Origin: Bacteroidales bacterium
GTDB taxonomy: Bacteria > Bacteroidota > Bacteroidia > Bacteroidales > P3
Length of the DNA stretch: 64,000 nucleotides
Direction: 5' to 3'
Assembly: GCA_036655775.1 (NCBI GenBank)
Contig: JAVVPL010000001.1
Location: 30,939 to 94,938, forward strand
Part shown: positions 39,440 through 49,410 of the stretch, piece after piece
Position numbering within the stretch: the first letter of the stretch is position 1
How the letters are laid out: each line of letters begins with the position of its first letter
Position numbers and translations under genes: made by a program
Notes under the pieces: model-generated
What the model saw: only the letters and a program-made list of their open reading frames with translations
What the model was told of the DNA's origin: nothing
The model's database searches: none

Positions 39440-40813
39440 TTATATTTTATCTAATTCTATTGTAAAGTGACGCATAATTGGCAATTCCTTGACAATTTTA
39501 TATCCAGTGGTGATACTATCACGACGATCGAATACATTTTTAAGAGCCACGGCAATTACATCCATGTGATTATTTGTATACGTACGACGAGGAATAGCTA
39601 AACGTAATAATTCCAATTCAGGATAACGATTTTCACGTGTAATTGGATCGCGGTCGGCCAAAATAGCTCCGATTTCAACCCCACGGATACCTGCTTCCAA
39701 ATATAATTCTACACCCAAAGTTTGTGCAGCAAATTGTTCTTTAGGAAGATTGTGTAAGATTTTTTTTGCATCTACAAAGATAGCATGACCACCAGCAGGA
39801 CGTTGGTAAGGAATACCAAATTCATCTAAACGTTGACCAAGATATTCAACTTGTTTGATACGAGTTTCCAAATAATCAAATTCGGTACCTTCATCTAAAC
39901 CTTGTGCTAACGCATTCATATCACGACCCGACATACCACCGTATGTTAAATAACCTTCATACATGATATTGAACATAGAGCAACCTTCATACCAATCTTT
40001 TTTACGAGTTGCAACAAATCCACCCATATTTACAATGGCATCTTTTTTGGCACTCATCGTCATGGCATCTGCATAAGAATACATTTCCTTAACAATTTCT
40101 TTGATTGTTTTATTTTCGTATCCTTTTTCACGAGTTTTGATAAAATAAGCATTTTCGGCAAAACGAGCAGAGTCGAATACAAGAGGTTTGTTGTATTTAT
40201 CGGCCACCGCACGAACGTCACGAATATTTTGCATAGAAACAGGTTGGCCACCTGCGGTATTATTAGTAACCGTAACTAAGATAAAAGGAACTTTATCATG
40301 ATATTCAGCCAATGCTTTTTCTAGTTTTTCAATAGAAATACTTCCTTTAAAAGGATGTTCTAATTGTGTATCTTTAGCTTCATCTATGGTAACATCCAAA
40401 GCCACCGCTTTACGATATTCAATATGTCCTTTGGTTGTATCAAAGTGTGAGTTGCCAGGAATCACGTCTCCTGCTTTTACTAAAAATGAGAAAAGCACAT
40501 TTTCAGCTGCACGGCCTTGGTGAGTAGGTAAGAAATAATCAAATCCTAGGATTTTTTTGATGGCAGCTTCCATTTTGAAAAAAGAACGTGCCCCTGCATA
40601 ACTTTCGTCGCCAAGCATCATTTCTGACCATTGTTTATCACTCATGGCTCCCGTGCCAGAATCAGTTAAAAGATCAATAAAAACATGATCCGATTTCAAT
40701 TTAAAAAGATTGTACTTTGCTTCTTTGATCCATTGTTCACGTTGTTCACGTGTACTACGAGTAAGAGGCTCTACCATTTTAATACGGTAAGACTCTGCAA
40801 AAGGTAATTTCAT
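39440..40813 (-). CDS. tnaA: tryptophanase (beta-eliminating lyase)
   Basis: 457 aa. DLLTDSGTGAMS, HFDTTKGH, DSARFAENAYFIK and PLP-lysine MSAKKDA. The TnaA-type blocks fit better than tyrosine phenol-lyase. Confidence 0.9.
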   Translation of the reverse strand: MKLPFAESYRIKMVEPLTRSTREQREQWIKEAKYNLFKLKSDHVFIDLLTDSGTGAMSDKQWSEMMLGDESYAGARSFFKMEAAIKKILGFDYFLPTHQGRAAENVLFSFLVKAGDVIPGNSHFDTTKGHIEYRKAVALDVTIDEAKDTQLEHPFKGSISIEKLEKALAEYHDKVPFILVTVTNNTAGGQPVSMQNIRDVRAVADKYNKPLVFDSARFAENAYFIKTREKGYENKTIKEIVKEMYSYADAMTMSAKKDAIVNMGGFVATRKKDWYEGCSMFNIMYEGYLTYGGMSGRDMNALAQGLDEGTEFDYLETRIKQVEYLGQRLDEFGIPYQRPAGGHAIFVDAKKILHNLPKEQFAAQTLGVELYLEAGIRGVEIGAILADRDPITRENRYPELELLRLAIPRRTYTNNHMDVIAVALKNVFDRRDSITTGYKIVKELPIMRHFTIELDKI

Positions 40814-40840
40814 AATTTTGTATTTTAATAGTTTTTTGTT

Positions 40841-43069
40841 CTATGCCATCTTTTTACCAATAGCATCATTATATAATTTTTTGTATTCTTCAATTTTTCC
40901 AAAATCTTCATCATCGACAGAAATACGACCTTGCGTAATATGTCCTAAATATACAGCAGGCACGCCAGTAGCCATCATCAAGTCGATAAATTCAGCTTCT
41001 ACATTTGGATCAATAGAAACAACAATACGTCCTTGTGCTTCCCCAAACAAATAGGAGTCGATACGATATTCACTATCAGTCAAAATATCAAATCCCAAAT
41101 TGTTGACCATAGCCGATTCCAAAAGAGTGATGATCAATCCTCCATCAGAAATATCATGTGCAGAAGAAATGATTTTTTCGTTAATTAAACCCAAAACCGC
41201 TTGATGTACATCAAATTCTTCATCTAAATCCATATAAGGAGCTGGAGATAATTTGACCCCCTTATAATTATATAAATATTCTGAACAATTGATATCTTCT
41301 TTTGCATAACCAAGCATATAAATGGAGTCTCCTTTTTTCTCAAAAGCCAAACCCATTTGTTGTTTTTTATCCAAAAGACCTATCATTCCTATAGTAGGCG
41401 TAGGATGTACCGCTTCTATATTTTTACCTACTTGACATTGATTGTAAAAACTAACATTACCACCTGTGACAGGGGTATGGAATTTTTTACAAGCATTGCT
41501 CATTCCCTTAATTGCACCCACAAATTGCCAATAGACTTCGGGATTATATGGATTGCCAAAATTTAAACAATTTGTAATTGCCAAGGGTACTCCCCCAGAA
41601 CAGGCAATATTACGGGCAGCTTCGGCCACCGCAATTTCAGTACCTTTCAAAGGATTGGAATACACATAACGAGAAATACAATCCACGGTCATCGCAATGG
41701 CATTATCTGTATTTTTAAGATTGACAATGGCCGCATCGGAAGGCTTGTTGGTAGTCATATTTTTGGTTCCTACCATTGAATCGTATTGCTCATAAATCCA
41801 ACGTTTTGAAGCAATATTAGGTTGAGCACAAAGATATTTAGTAATCTTTTTAACCTCTTCCATATCAGGTTCGGCAATCGTATTGATATCGAACTTTTTC
41901 GTTTTTTCAAAATATTTGGGTTCTTTGTATTTGCGGTCGTACACGGGAGCTCCTCCTCCTAAAACCAAAGGAGCCGCGGGTACATCTGCCACCAATTCAC
42001 CATGACGATAGAACATCAAACGATCTTCATCTATCACCTCTCCTATTTCCGCACAATTCAAATCCCATTTGTCGAATATATCTTTGATTATTTTTTCTTT
42101 TCCTTTTTGTACCACTATCAGCATTCTTTCTTGAGATTCTGAGAGTAGAATTTCCCAAGCTTCCATATTTTGTTGACGAAGTGGCACCTTATCTAAGTCT
42201 ATCTTCATTCCACTATGCCCTTTTTCTGACATCTCGGAAGTGGAGCAAATAATGCCCGCAGCGCCCATATCTTGCATCCCTACTAGCGCATGGGTAGCAA
42301 TAATTTCCAAGGAAGCTTCCATCAGCAACTTTTCTTGAAAAGGGTCTCCTACTTGAATGGACGGAATATCTTCAGCCGAATTTTCGGTAATGTCGGCAGA
42401 GGCAAATGTAGCGCCATGAATACCATCTTTACCTGTGGCGGAACCTACAATAAAAACAGGATTGCCTTTTCCTTTTGCAACTGCAGAAGTAAGACTTTCT
42501 TTGCGCATAATGCCCACAGACATTGCATTTACTAAAGGATTTGAATTATAGGACTCATCAAAACAAACTTCACCCGCCACCACTGGCACTCCAAAAGCAT
42601 TGCCATAATCACCAATCCCCTTTACAACTCCTCTCAATAAATGTTTGGTATGATCCGTGTCTATATTTCCAAAATGTAATGAATTTAATTGCGCAATAGG
42701 ACGAGCTCCCATAGTGAAAATATCTCGATTAATACCTCCTACACCCGTTGCAGCACCTTGATATGGTTCAACAGCACAAGGATGATTGTGTGATTCTATT
42801 TTAAATACACAAGCATACCCATCCCCCACATCTACCATTCCTGCATTTTCCTCTCCTGGCTTAACTAAAAGTTGTTCCCCATCACGAGGAAGAGTTTTTA
42901 ACCATTTGATAGAATTTTTATACGAAGCATGCTCAGACCACATTACAGAAAAAATACTCAATTCAGTAAAATTGGGCACTCGTCCCAAATGTTGCTTAAT
43001 TATTTCAAATTCTTCGGGGAGTAATCCTAACTCCTGGGCTGTTTGTAGTGTAACTTTTTGTGTTGACAT
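40841..43069 (-). CDS. purL: phosphoribosylformylglycinamidine synthase subunit PurL
   Basis: 742 aa, small-PurL type, with duplicated AIR-synthase-like domains (SHNHP.AVEPYQGAATGVGG). Confidence 0.95.
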   Translation of the reverse strand: MSTQKVTLQTAQELGLLPEEFEIIKQHLGRVPNFTELSIFSVMWSEHASYKNSIKWLKTLPRDGEQLLVKPGEENAGMVDVGDGYACVFKIESHNHPCAVEPYQGAATGVGGINRDIFTMGARPIAQLNSLHFGNIDTDHTKHLLRGVVKGIGDYGNAFGVPVVAGEVCFDESYNSNPLVNAMSVGIMRKESLTSAVAKGKGNPVFIVGSATGKDGIHGATFASADITENSAEDIPSIQVGDPFQEKLLMEASLEIIATHALVGMQDMGAAGIICSTSEMSEKGHSGMKIDLDKVPLRQQNMEAWEILLSESQERMLIVVQKGKEKIIKDIFDKWDLNCAEIGEVIDEDRLMFYRHGELVADVPAAPLVLGGGAPVYDRKYKEPKYFEKTKKFDINTIAEPDMEEVKKITKYLCAQPNIASKRWIYEQYDSMVGTKNMTTNKPSDAAIVNLKNTDNAIAMTVDCISRYVYSNPLKGTEIAVAEAARNIACSGGVPLAITNCLNFGNPYNPEVYWQFVGAIKGMSNACKKFHTPVTGGNVSFYNQCQVGKNIEAVHPTPTIGMIGLLDKKQQMGLAFEKKGDSIYMLGYAKEDINCSEYLYNYKGVKLSPAPYMDLDEEFDVHQAVLGLINEKIISSAHDISDGGLIITLLESAMVNNLGFDILTDSEYRIDSYLFGEAQGRIVVSIDPNVEAEFIDLMMATGVPAVYLGHITQGRISVDDEDFGKIEEYKKLYNDAIGKKMA

Positions 43070-43105
43070 AATATTTTTAAATTAAAAATAAGGGAAGAAT
43101 GTTTA

Positions 43106-43113
43106 CAAAAGTA
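43106..43113 (-). promoter_or_regulatory. -7 box TACTTTTG upstream of purL
   Basis: Exact TAnnTTTG, 36 nt before the ATG. Confidence 0.55.
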
Positions 43114-43217
43114 AGATTTTTATGCCTTTTAAGCAAATAAAATCTTTCAACTTTAAAGCTTTTAATTTAAATTCTATTTTTTTACCTTAAAAGCTAAGTG
43201 ATTAATAAAATTTTATG

Positions 43218-43225
43218 TACTTTTG
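43218..43225 (+). promoter_or_regulatory. -7 box TACTTTTG upstream of glyA
   Basis: Exact TAnnTTTG, 65 nt before the ATG. Confidence 0.55.
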
Positions 43226-43290
43226 TTCTTTATTTAGCAGAGTTTAAATAAAAGCCAGATCTGATTTAATTATCTATAAACTAAAATATT

Positions 43291-44571
43291 ATGCAAAGAG
43301 ACACGCAAATTTTCGATCTAATTGAGCAAGAAAGAAAGCGTCAAACCGAAGGGATTGAGCTTATTGCTTCAGAAAACTTCGTTAGCGAGCAAGTAATGCA
43401 AGCTATGGGTTCTGTATTGACCAACAAGTATGCAGAGGGTTATCCAGGCAAACGTTATTATGGGGGATGCCAAATTGTGGATCAAACTGAAACCATCGCT
43501 ATTGAACGCGCAAAACAATTATTTGGAGCCGCATGGGCAAATGTACAACCTCACTCAGGCGCACAAGCCAACATGGCTGTTTTACTCGCTTGCTTGAAAC
43601 CTGGCGATGTATTTATGGGCCTAGATCTTTCTCACGGAGGTCACCTTTCTCATGGTTCACCCGTAAATTCTTCGGGAATTCTTTACAAACCAGTGGCTTA
43701 CTCTATCGAAGAGGCTACGGGTTGTATCAATTATGATATCATGGAAGAAGTAGCTTTACGTGAACATCCAAAATTAATTATCGGAGGTGCGTCTGCGTAC
43801 TCTCGTGATTGGGATTGGAAACGTATGCGCGAAATAGCCGACAAAATAGGCGCTATTTTAATGGGAGATATTTCTCACCCTGCAGGTTTGATTGCACGCG
43901 GTTTGTTGAATAATCCTATTCAATATTGCCATATTTGCACAACGACCACTCACAAAACACTTCGTGGACCTCGTGGTGGTTTAATTTTAATGGGCAAAGA
44001 TTTTGAAAATCCTTGGGGTTTAAAAACACCTAAAGGAGAAATTAAAAAAATGTCTCAACTTTTGGATTCTGCCGTTTTCCCAGGCACACAAGGCGGTCCT
44101 CTTGAACACGTAATTGCAGCCAAAGCCGTGGCTTTTGGCGAATGTTTAAGCGATAGCTATTTGACGTATATCAAACAAGTGAAAGCCAATGCTGCTGCTC
44201 TATGTAAAGCTTTTGTAGACAAAGGATATAAAGTAATTTCTGGAGGTACCGATAATCACTTAATGTTGATTGACCTTCGTACCAAATTTCCTGATATTAC
44301 AGGAAAATTAGTAGAAAACACTTTGGTTAAAGCCGATATTACACTTAATAAAAATATGGTTCCCTTTGATAGTCGTACGCCATTTAGTACTTCGGGTATT
44401 CGCGTAGGTACACCTGCCATCACCACTCGAGGATTGAAAGAAAACGATATGGCAGTTATTGTGGATCTCATTGATGAAGTAATTAGCAATATTGACAATG
44501 AAACTAAAATTGCCGAAGTTCGCAAAAAAGTAAATGCAATGATGAGCAATCGTCCTTTATTTGCTTGGTAA
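43291..44571 (+). CDS. glyA: serine hydroxymethyltransferase
   Basis: 426 aa with [19 protein letters not shown] and the [17 protein letters not shown]-lysine motif. Confidence 0.97.
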   Translation: MQRDTQIFDLIEQERKRQTEGIELIASENFVSEQVMQAMGSVLTNKYAEGYPGKRYYGGCQIVDQTETIAIERAKQLFGAAWANVQPHSGAQANMAVLLACLKPGDVFMGLDLSHGGHLSHGSPVNSSGILYKPVAYSIEEATGCINYDIMEEVALREHPKLIIGGASAYSRDWDWKRMREIADKIGAILMGDISHPAGLIARGLLNNPIQYCHICTTTTHKTLRGPRGGLILMGKDFENPWGLKTPKGEIKKMSQLLDSAVFPGTQGGPLEHVIAAKAVAFGECLSDSYLTYIKQVKANAAALCKAFVDKGYKVISGGTDNHLMLIDLRTKFPDITGKLVENTLVKADITLNKNMVPFDSRTPFSTSGIRVGTPAITTRGLKENDMAVIVDLIDEVISNIDNETKIAEVRKKVNAMMSNRPLFAW

Positions 44572-44598
44572 GAACGAAGAATTTCACTTTAATAAAAT

Positions 44599-44635
44599 GA
44601 AAAAGCGATTTCAATTAAATTGAAATCGCTTTTTC
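44599..44635. terminator. bidirectional terminator between convergent glyA and the cat-like gene
   Basis: Perfect 17-bp stem GAAAAAGCGATTTCAAT / ATTGAAATCGCTTTTTC with a 3-nt loop and T-rich flanks on both strands. It overlaps the last codons of the cat-like ORF. Confidence 0.7.
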
Positions 44636-45280
44636 ATTTATATATTTCTCTATATTATCAAAACATTTAGCTATGTGAAAACCATCCACAAAAGCATGAT
44701 GAGCAGATATAGCTACAGGCATTCGATAGTGATTATTGACTTGCGTAACTTTGCCCACCGAAATAAGTGGGAAACTCGATCCATTTTTGTTTTCTTGTGC
44801 TGGGGTAATCGATGTAAAATCTAAAAAAGGCATCGCACTCACCATGACCACATCCAAAGTTTCACTTTCCAAATGTTTACTTTCATCTTCAAATGGATCG
44901 GCTTCATCATTTTCTAAATTAGAAAGTTTCTTGAGTGTTTCACAAAAAAGAGCATAGTCTTGAATATAAGGAATACGCACTATTTTAAACTCTCCATTAT
45001 CACCTCCAATTGCCATCACCGCCATGGCATGTATCTCTGAAAATAAAAATACCTTATCTTCTTTATCAATACGATATTTAAATTCTTCTATTTCATTAAC
45101 AGCTTTTAAAATCGCATATAAAGAGCAAGAAAAAAAACTCGTTTTTTCAGTATTATTTCTTTGCATCGCAAGAGTACAATCGATAGATTTAGTAATCGTA
45201 ATAAAAGGATTCTTAAAGGTGCTAAAAAAAGCAACATTATGACGACGAGGCCATGTTTTTAAATTTATTTGTGTTTTCAT
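44615..45280 (-). CDS. CatA-like (type A chloramphenicol) O-acetyltransferase family protein
   Basis: 221 aa with the CAT fold and catalytic-His motif SAHHAFVDGFH (canonical HHAVCDGFH). Confidence 0.85.
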   Translation of the reverse strand: MKTQINLKTWPRRHNVAFFSTFKNPFITITKSIDCTLAMQRNNTEKTSFFSCSLYAILKAVNEIEEFKYRIDKEDKVFLFSEIHAMAVMAIGGDNGEFKIVRIPYIQDYALFCETLKKLSNLENDEADPFEDESKHLESETLDVVMVSAMPFLDFTSITPAQENKNGSSFPLISVGKVTQVNNHYRMPVAISAHHAFVDGFHIAKCFDNIEKYINEKAISI

Positions 45281-45301
45281 ACGTACATGTTTTTAAAATA
45301 T

Positions 45302-45327
45302 AAAAAAGCCACCTCAATGAGATAGCT
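45302..45327 (-). terminator. intrinsic terminator after the giant T9SS cargo gene
   Basis: Minus strand reads AGCUAUCUC-AUU-GAGGUGGCU then U6. Two positions are G.U pairs on the minus strand but C.A mismatches on the plus strand. Confidence 0.6.
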
Positions 45328-45347
45328 TTTTTATATTAAAATAATTA

Positions 45348-48300
45348 TTATCTAAGAACATTTATTTTTTTAGTATAGGTTTTATCCTTGGTTTCTACTT
45401 TTAACAAATAAAGCCCTGTATTCACATTTGAAACGTCCATACGGTTTGCATTTGTTTGTTGAAGAATTTCCTTTCCAGTCATATCAAATAAACGAATTCG
45501 ATTAATTTTGGTAGTTGTTTGAATATTTATAAAAGATGCTGTAGGATTAGGATACACGGTAAGTATGGTGTTATCATCCGTTTCAATACCTGTACACATA
45601 ATTGTAAAATCAGTTTTGATTTCATCGCAATTGCCCCATACCGAAGCAATTTGATATGTAATGCTTTCACCTGCTTTTACATTCTTGTCAGCAAAAGTAT
45701 TGGTGGTCAATAAAGCCTCATTCAATTTTTTATTTTCTTTATATACATTGTATCCTTTCAATGTATAGGCGGTAGCTTTACTTTGAGCAAAAAATGGCAA
45801 TGCCGTTCTGCCTAATTTATTCACTGATTTTGTATCTGGGTCTAAATTTTGAAAACTACTTACTTTCGTGCCCGTGTGAGCAGCAGCCGTAGGGCTTATA
45901 TCTCGATACTTAGTAATTGCAGCAGCCATTAACCAGTTGCCTAAATTCGTAGATTCCCAAGTTTCAGCATTGTTGGTGCTAATTAAATCACCATAGCCAA
46001 TTTTAGCAGGACCTGCATCTATACCCAAAGGAAACTCCTTGGGCATATTATCAATACGGAAACCTATGGCAAAATCTCTATTTGGAGCCTCGAATTTTAT
46101 AGGATGTTCGAGTTCAATGTAATTAAATTCACCTATTTTCAAGGTATTTACTTTGATATTTTGATCTAACATAATCACATCATCCACAATTACTAAAAGC
46201 GAAATTGAACGAGGTTCCGCAGCGATAAAAGCTTCCATTCCAACCATGACAAAATCTTTGTACAAAGTCATATCTTCTTTTAACCAACCTACTGCAGCCA
46301 TAAATTCACCCCCTTCTTTCATCCCTATGGCATCCGCAAAAATTCCATCATCATAACGCATAGCAATAGGTTTGTCAAAATAAGGAGGTTCCCAACTTAA
46401 ATTAACACCTCCTTTTTCAAGATATTGTCCTGTAATATTATTTACAGGTAAACATTCTCCTACAAAGGCTACATCCACCGATACGGTATCACTTTTTGCC
46501 TCACAAGAAGAAGCATAGAAAGCCTCTACGGTATATTTGTAAGTACCTTCACCCGCTACAATAGAAGTGTAACGATTGGAAGTAAGAAAGTTTTCGTTTA
46601 ATTTTTCACCTTTTTCATTATAGAGTATGTAACCTATGAATTTTTGTGTTTGAGAGGGTTCTGGTTTATCCCATGTAATATCTATATGATTAAATGTAGA
46701 TTTTGCTTTCACATTGGTAGGAGGGGCACAAATTCCTTTAGACTCTATGGTTACTTTTTGATGTGTAGAGGTATCCGATTCACAATCGCCCCATACGGCA
46801 GTGATGTAATAATCGTAAGTGCCTGCTTCATTTAAAATTTGTTGATAATTTCTATATGGGTATTTAGAGGCTATCTTTTGTCCATCTTTATACACATTAT
46901 AGCCCGTTAAACCTACGGGTTTTTCAAGTTCTATCATTACAATACAATTCCCTTCTTGTAATTGCAAAATGGCCATTAAACAAAGGGCTCCGTCCAAAGA
47001 ACGTCCCACGGCAAGACCGCCTCCATACGCTTCAGGAATTTCCGAAAGTTGTGGAAAATCGGCTAAGTCGATAGTTAAACCTGTGAATTGTTTTGTTTCT
47101 AAAGAATACTGATTAATTTGAGCCTTGAAACTAGAACGTCCCGATTGTTCCATCGCATAAAGGAATCCATTATAATAAACGGTACCCGACACTGCGAGAG
47201 CATTTGAAAAAGCCGTATCAATAAAAGCACCTGTTTGGGTACAAAGGAAACCATCTGTGGCATCACCATATTCAAATCCCCCTTTATTATTATCCAAAGA
47301 AGGAATATAACAAATATGAGTAGGTTCTTGATCCACCAAAATCGTGTCAATGACCTCTTTTTGGTTCACATCTATTTTGTATATACTATTGGTGGAATTA
47401 ACTCCATATAAATAGGTTCCATCAGTAGTAATTTCATCAAGCATACCACAAGAAGGCGCAAACATTTCTATATAATTGCCATGTAAGTCGTATTTATAAA
47501 TACCTGCAGCATCCCAACTAGCCGCATAGATGTATTCACCAAGTGCTGCAACTGAAGCTTCGCCTAAAGTTTCAAGTTTCATTCTTTCGACAAAATCATA
47601 GCCTTTGACAGTGTCGGGAGTCTCTTTGTAACTACGTTGTGGAGCCAATGCTAAATCTTGATTTGGGAGTTCTTTTGACTGTATCTTTTTTATTTGAGCA
47701 TCCGATCTCTTTTCTTTTTGAGTATTCACACGCATTGTGTTTGAGGAAGTATCTTTCGATAAATAAGCCGTAGGCAAAGCCCAATTTACGGTATAAATTT
47801 GATTGTATTTCAAATTTGAACTCGTAGTTTGAATTGCATAACAATTGGACCCTAACACTTGTATGCAAGCGGATTTTGATAATTTGGATTCTAAAATAGT
47901 ATCCGTTATATCAAATACGGCACTCACTGCATAACAATGTACTCCTTCAGTAGGCATTGAATCGATATACTGTAAAATTGTTTTGGGCAACATTTCCTTG
48001 TTCAGTTTACTTTCATCTCGATATACGTTATAGCCAATATGCTTCATTCCATTTTCTACGGGACGACGCCATGTTACCTCAACACTCTTACCTTGTGCTA
48101 AGGGATCCACATTGACCGTATTGGGCACGGTTGGAAGAATTTCACCATCCAATACAAGCATAAAAGGAGTCCAAGACAATGTATTTCCATAAATTGTTCT
48201 TCCATCTGCTGAAATTGAAATAGCTTGTAGCAATTCATTACCTTCCAAATCTAAGCCATAGACTTCAGTTGCATAGGTTGTTAAATCTAATATTCCCAAA

Positions 48301-49256
48301 TCTTCTTTCCATATAAAAGCACGACGAGAATCGGGCATCATTTCAAATGTATAACCTACTACGGTATTGTTTTCTGATAAATCCACGGCCACCCCATCTT
48401 TATGACTTGGACGCAAAAATCCTAAATATTTAATATCATTACTTGCTTTATCCCATAAAAAAGGGCCTCCAGGTAAAGAACCTACACCTTTGGAGCCATC
48501 ATAGTTTAAAGCGAACATTTCGCCTGCACAGCGTAAATCGGAAGAAATGGGAACAGCCGTATCCCCTTCGCCAAACAACATGGGTGCACGAGGTGCATAT
48601 TGAATATCATTGATAATTTTTTCGGCAAAACCAGCTGCTGATTTTCCATCCCCTGCTATCCCATTGGGGCGACCGCCCGTACTTTCCGACCAAGGGATTT
48701 GATAATAGCGATCAAATTTGCCATCTTTCCATACACAAGCTGTATATGCATCTTTATTGTTGTCATCCGTAGGAATGGGATGGATCAAACCTACAATTAC
48801 ACGTCCATCTGCACTAATTCCATAAGCAATAGAACCCAAATCGTGTCGTCTCACTTTGTAGCCATCGGGATAAGGCAAAGGGTACCAAACCCCTTCTTTC
48901 CAATAACCCGCAGTTAAAACTTCAGTGAGCACACTATCAATAAGCATACTATCAGAATACGCACCAACTACAATACCACTGTCATTGACGTCATTTGCCA
49001 CTGCTAAGGTACTATCCGAAAATAAAGGGGTGTATTTATCCGCAGAACGTTGCCATAATGCGGCTACATCTTGCCCTAAGGAAATCACTAGATATTCTCC
49101 ACTGGGAGAACATGCGCAAGCAAAACCTAAATCGGCTTGATCTAAAAGTTTAAATGTGGAACCTGAAGTTGGCACTTTTGCATTTTGCCCCGTCAGTATC
49201 CATGGCATGCCAGCTAAACAAAGTATCCATACAATTGATTGAATTGTTTTTTTCAT
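45348..49256 (-). CDS. giant secreted surface protein: HAF-like repeats plus Fn3-like modules plus T9SS type A C-terminal sorting domain
   Basis: 1302 aa. Signal peptide, repeated ..G(I/V)(S/N)xDGxxxVG.. units, recurring GYNVY(K/R)(D/E) module starts, C-terminal VYPNPTASFINIQ...GLYLLKV CTD. Confidence 0.85.
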   Translation of the reverse strand: MKKTIQSIVWILCLAGMPWILTGQNAKVPTSGSTFKLLDQADLGFACACSPSGEYLVISLGQDVAALWQRSADKYTPLFSDSTLAVANDVNDSGIVVGAYSDSMLIDSVLTEVLTAGYWKEGVWYPLPYPDGYKVRRHDLGSIAYGISADGRVIVGLIHPIPTDDNNKDAYTACVWKDGKFDRYYQIPWSESTGGRPNGIAGDGKSAAGFAEKIINDIQYAPRAPMLFGEGDTAVPISSDLRCAGEMFALNYDGSKGVGSLPGGPFLWDKASNDIKYLGFLRPSHKDGVAVDLSENNTVVGYTFEMMPDSRRAFIWKEDLGILDLTTYATEVYGLDLEGNELLQAISISADGRTIYGNTLSWTPFMLVLDGEILPTVPNTVNVDPLAQGKSVEVTWRRPVENGMKHIGYNVYRDESKLNKEMLPKTILQYIDSMPTEGVHCYAVSAVFDITDTILESKLSKSACIQVLGSNCYAIQTTSSNLKYNQIYTVNWALPTAYLSKDTSSNTMRVNTQKEKRSDAQIKKIQSKELPNQDLALAPQRSYKETPDTVKGYDFVERMKLETLGEASVAALGEYIYAASWDAAGIYKYDLHGNYIEMFAPSCGMLDEITTDGTYLYGVNSTNSIYKIDVNQKEVIDTILVDQEPTHICYIPSLDNNKGGFEYGDATDGFLCTQTGAFIDTAFSNALAVSGTVYYNGFLYAMEQSGRSSFKAQINQYSLETKQFTGLTIDLADFPQLSEIPEAYGGGLAVGRSLDGALCLMAILQLQEGNCIVMIELEKPVGLTGYNVYKDGQKIASKYPYRNYQQILNEAGTYDYYITAVWGDCESDTSTHQKVTIESKGICAPPTNVKAKSTFNHIDITWDKPEPSQTQKFIGYILYNEKGEKLNENFLTSNRYTSIVAGEGTYKYTVEAFYASSCEAKSDTVSVDVAFVGECLPVNNITGQYLEKGGVNLSWEPPYFDKPIAMRYDDGIFADAIGMKEGGEFMAAVGWLKEDMTLYKDFVMVGMEAFIAAEPRSISLLVIVDDVIMLDQNIKVNTLKIGEFNYIELEHPIKFEAPNRDFAIGFRIDNMPKEFPLGIDAGPAKIGYGDLISTNNAETWESTNLGNWLMAAAITKYRDISPTAAAHTGTKVSSFQNLDPDTKSVNKLGRTALPFFAQSKATAYTLKGYNVYKENKKLNEALLTTNTFADKNVKAGESITYQIASVWGNCDEIKTDFTIMCTGIETDDNTILTVYPNPTASFINIQTTTKINRIRLFDMTGKEILQQTNANRMDVSNVNTGLYLLKVETKDKTYTKKINVLR

Positions 49257-49304
49257 AATTTTTTGGTTTTGTGTTTAATTTCTAATTCTTTGGTTTTTAC
49301 ATTA

Positions 49305-49312
49305 CAAATATA
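49305..49312 (-). promoter_or_regulatory. -7 box TATATTTG upstream of the giant T9SS cargo gene
   Basis: Exact TAnnTTTG, 48 nt before the ATG. Confidence 0.55.
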
Positions 49313-49364
49313 CGCATTTTCTAATAATAAAAAAAATGATCATGGTTATTCTCAGAGCTTTTTG

Positions 49365-49372
49365 TATCTTTG
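49365..49372 (+). promoter_or_regulatory. -7 box TATCTTTG upstream of glyQS
   Basis: Exact TAnnTTTG, 38 nt before the ATG. Confidence 0.55.
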
Positions 49373-49410
49373 CAGGCTAAAATATAATATCTAAAACATC
49401 GAATACAGCT

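Noticed and set aside
43114-43290. Possible riboswitch (ZTP/pfl or THF type) in the purL/glyA divergent region and the 65-nt glyA leader
   Set aside because: The region is extremely AT-rich and lacks the GC-rich conserved cores of these riboswitches. Only an 8-bp inverted repeat (CTTTTAAG/CTTAAAAG) is present, which is plausible by chance.
45281-45347. Chloramphenicol-inducible translation-attenuation leader upstream of the cat-like gene, as in Gram-positive cat genes
   Set aside because: There is no ATG-initiated leader peptide between the upstream stop and the hairpin. The hairpin plus U6 is better explained as the terminator of the upstream T9SS gene.
49257-49410. Invertible (phase-variable) promoter for the giant surface protein
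   Set aside because: I found no flanking inverted repeats, and there is no nearby recombinase. The gap holds two ordinary divergent TAnnTTTG promoters.
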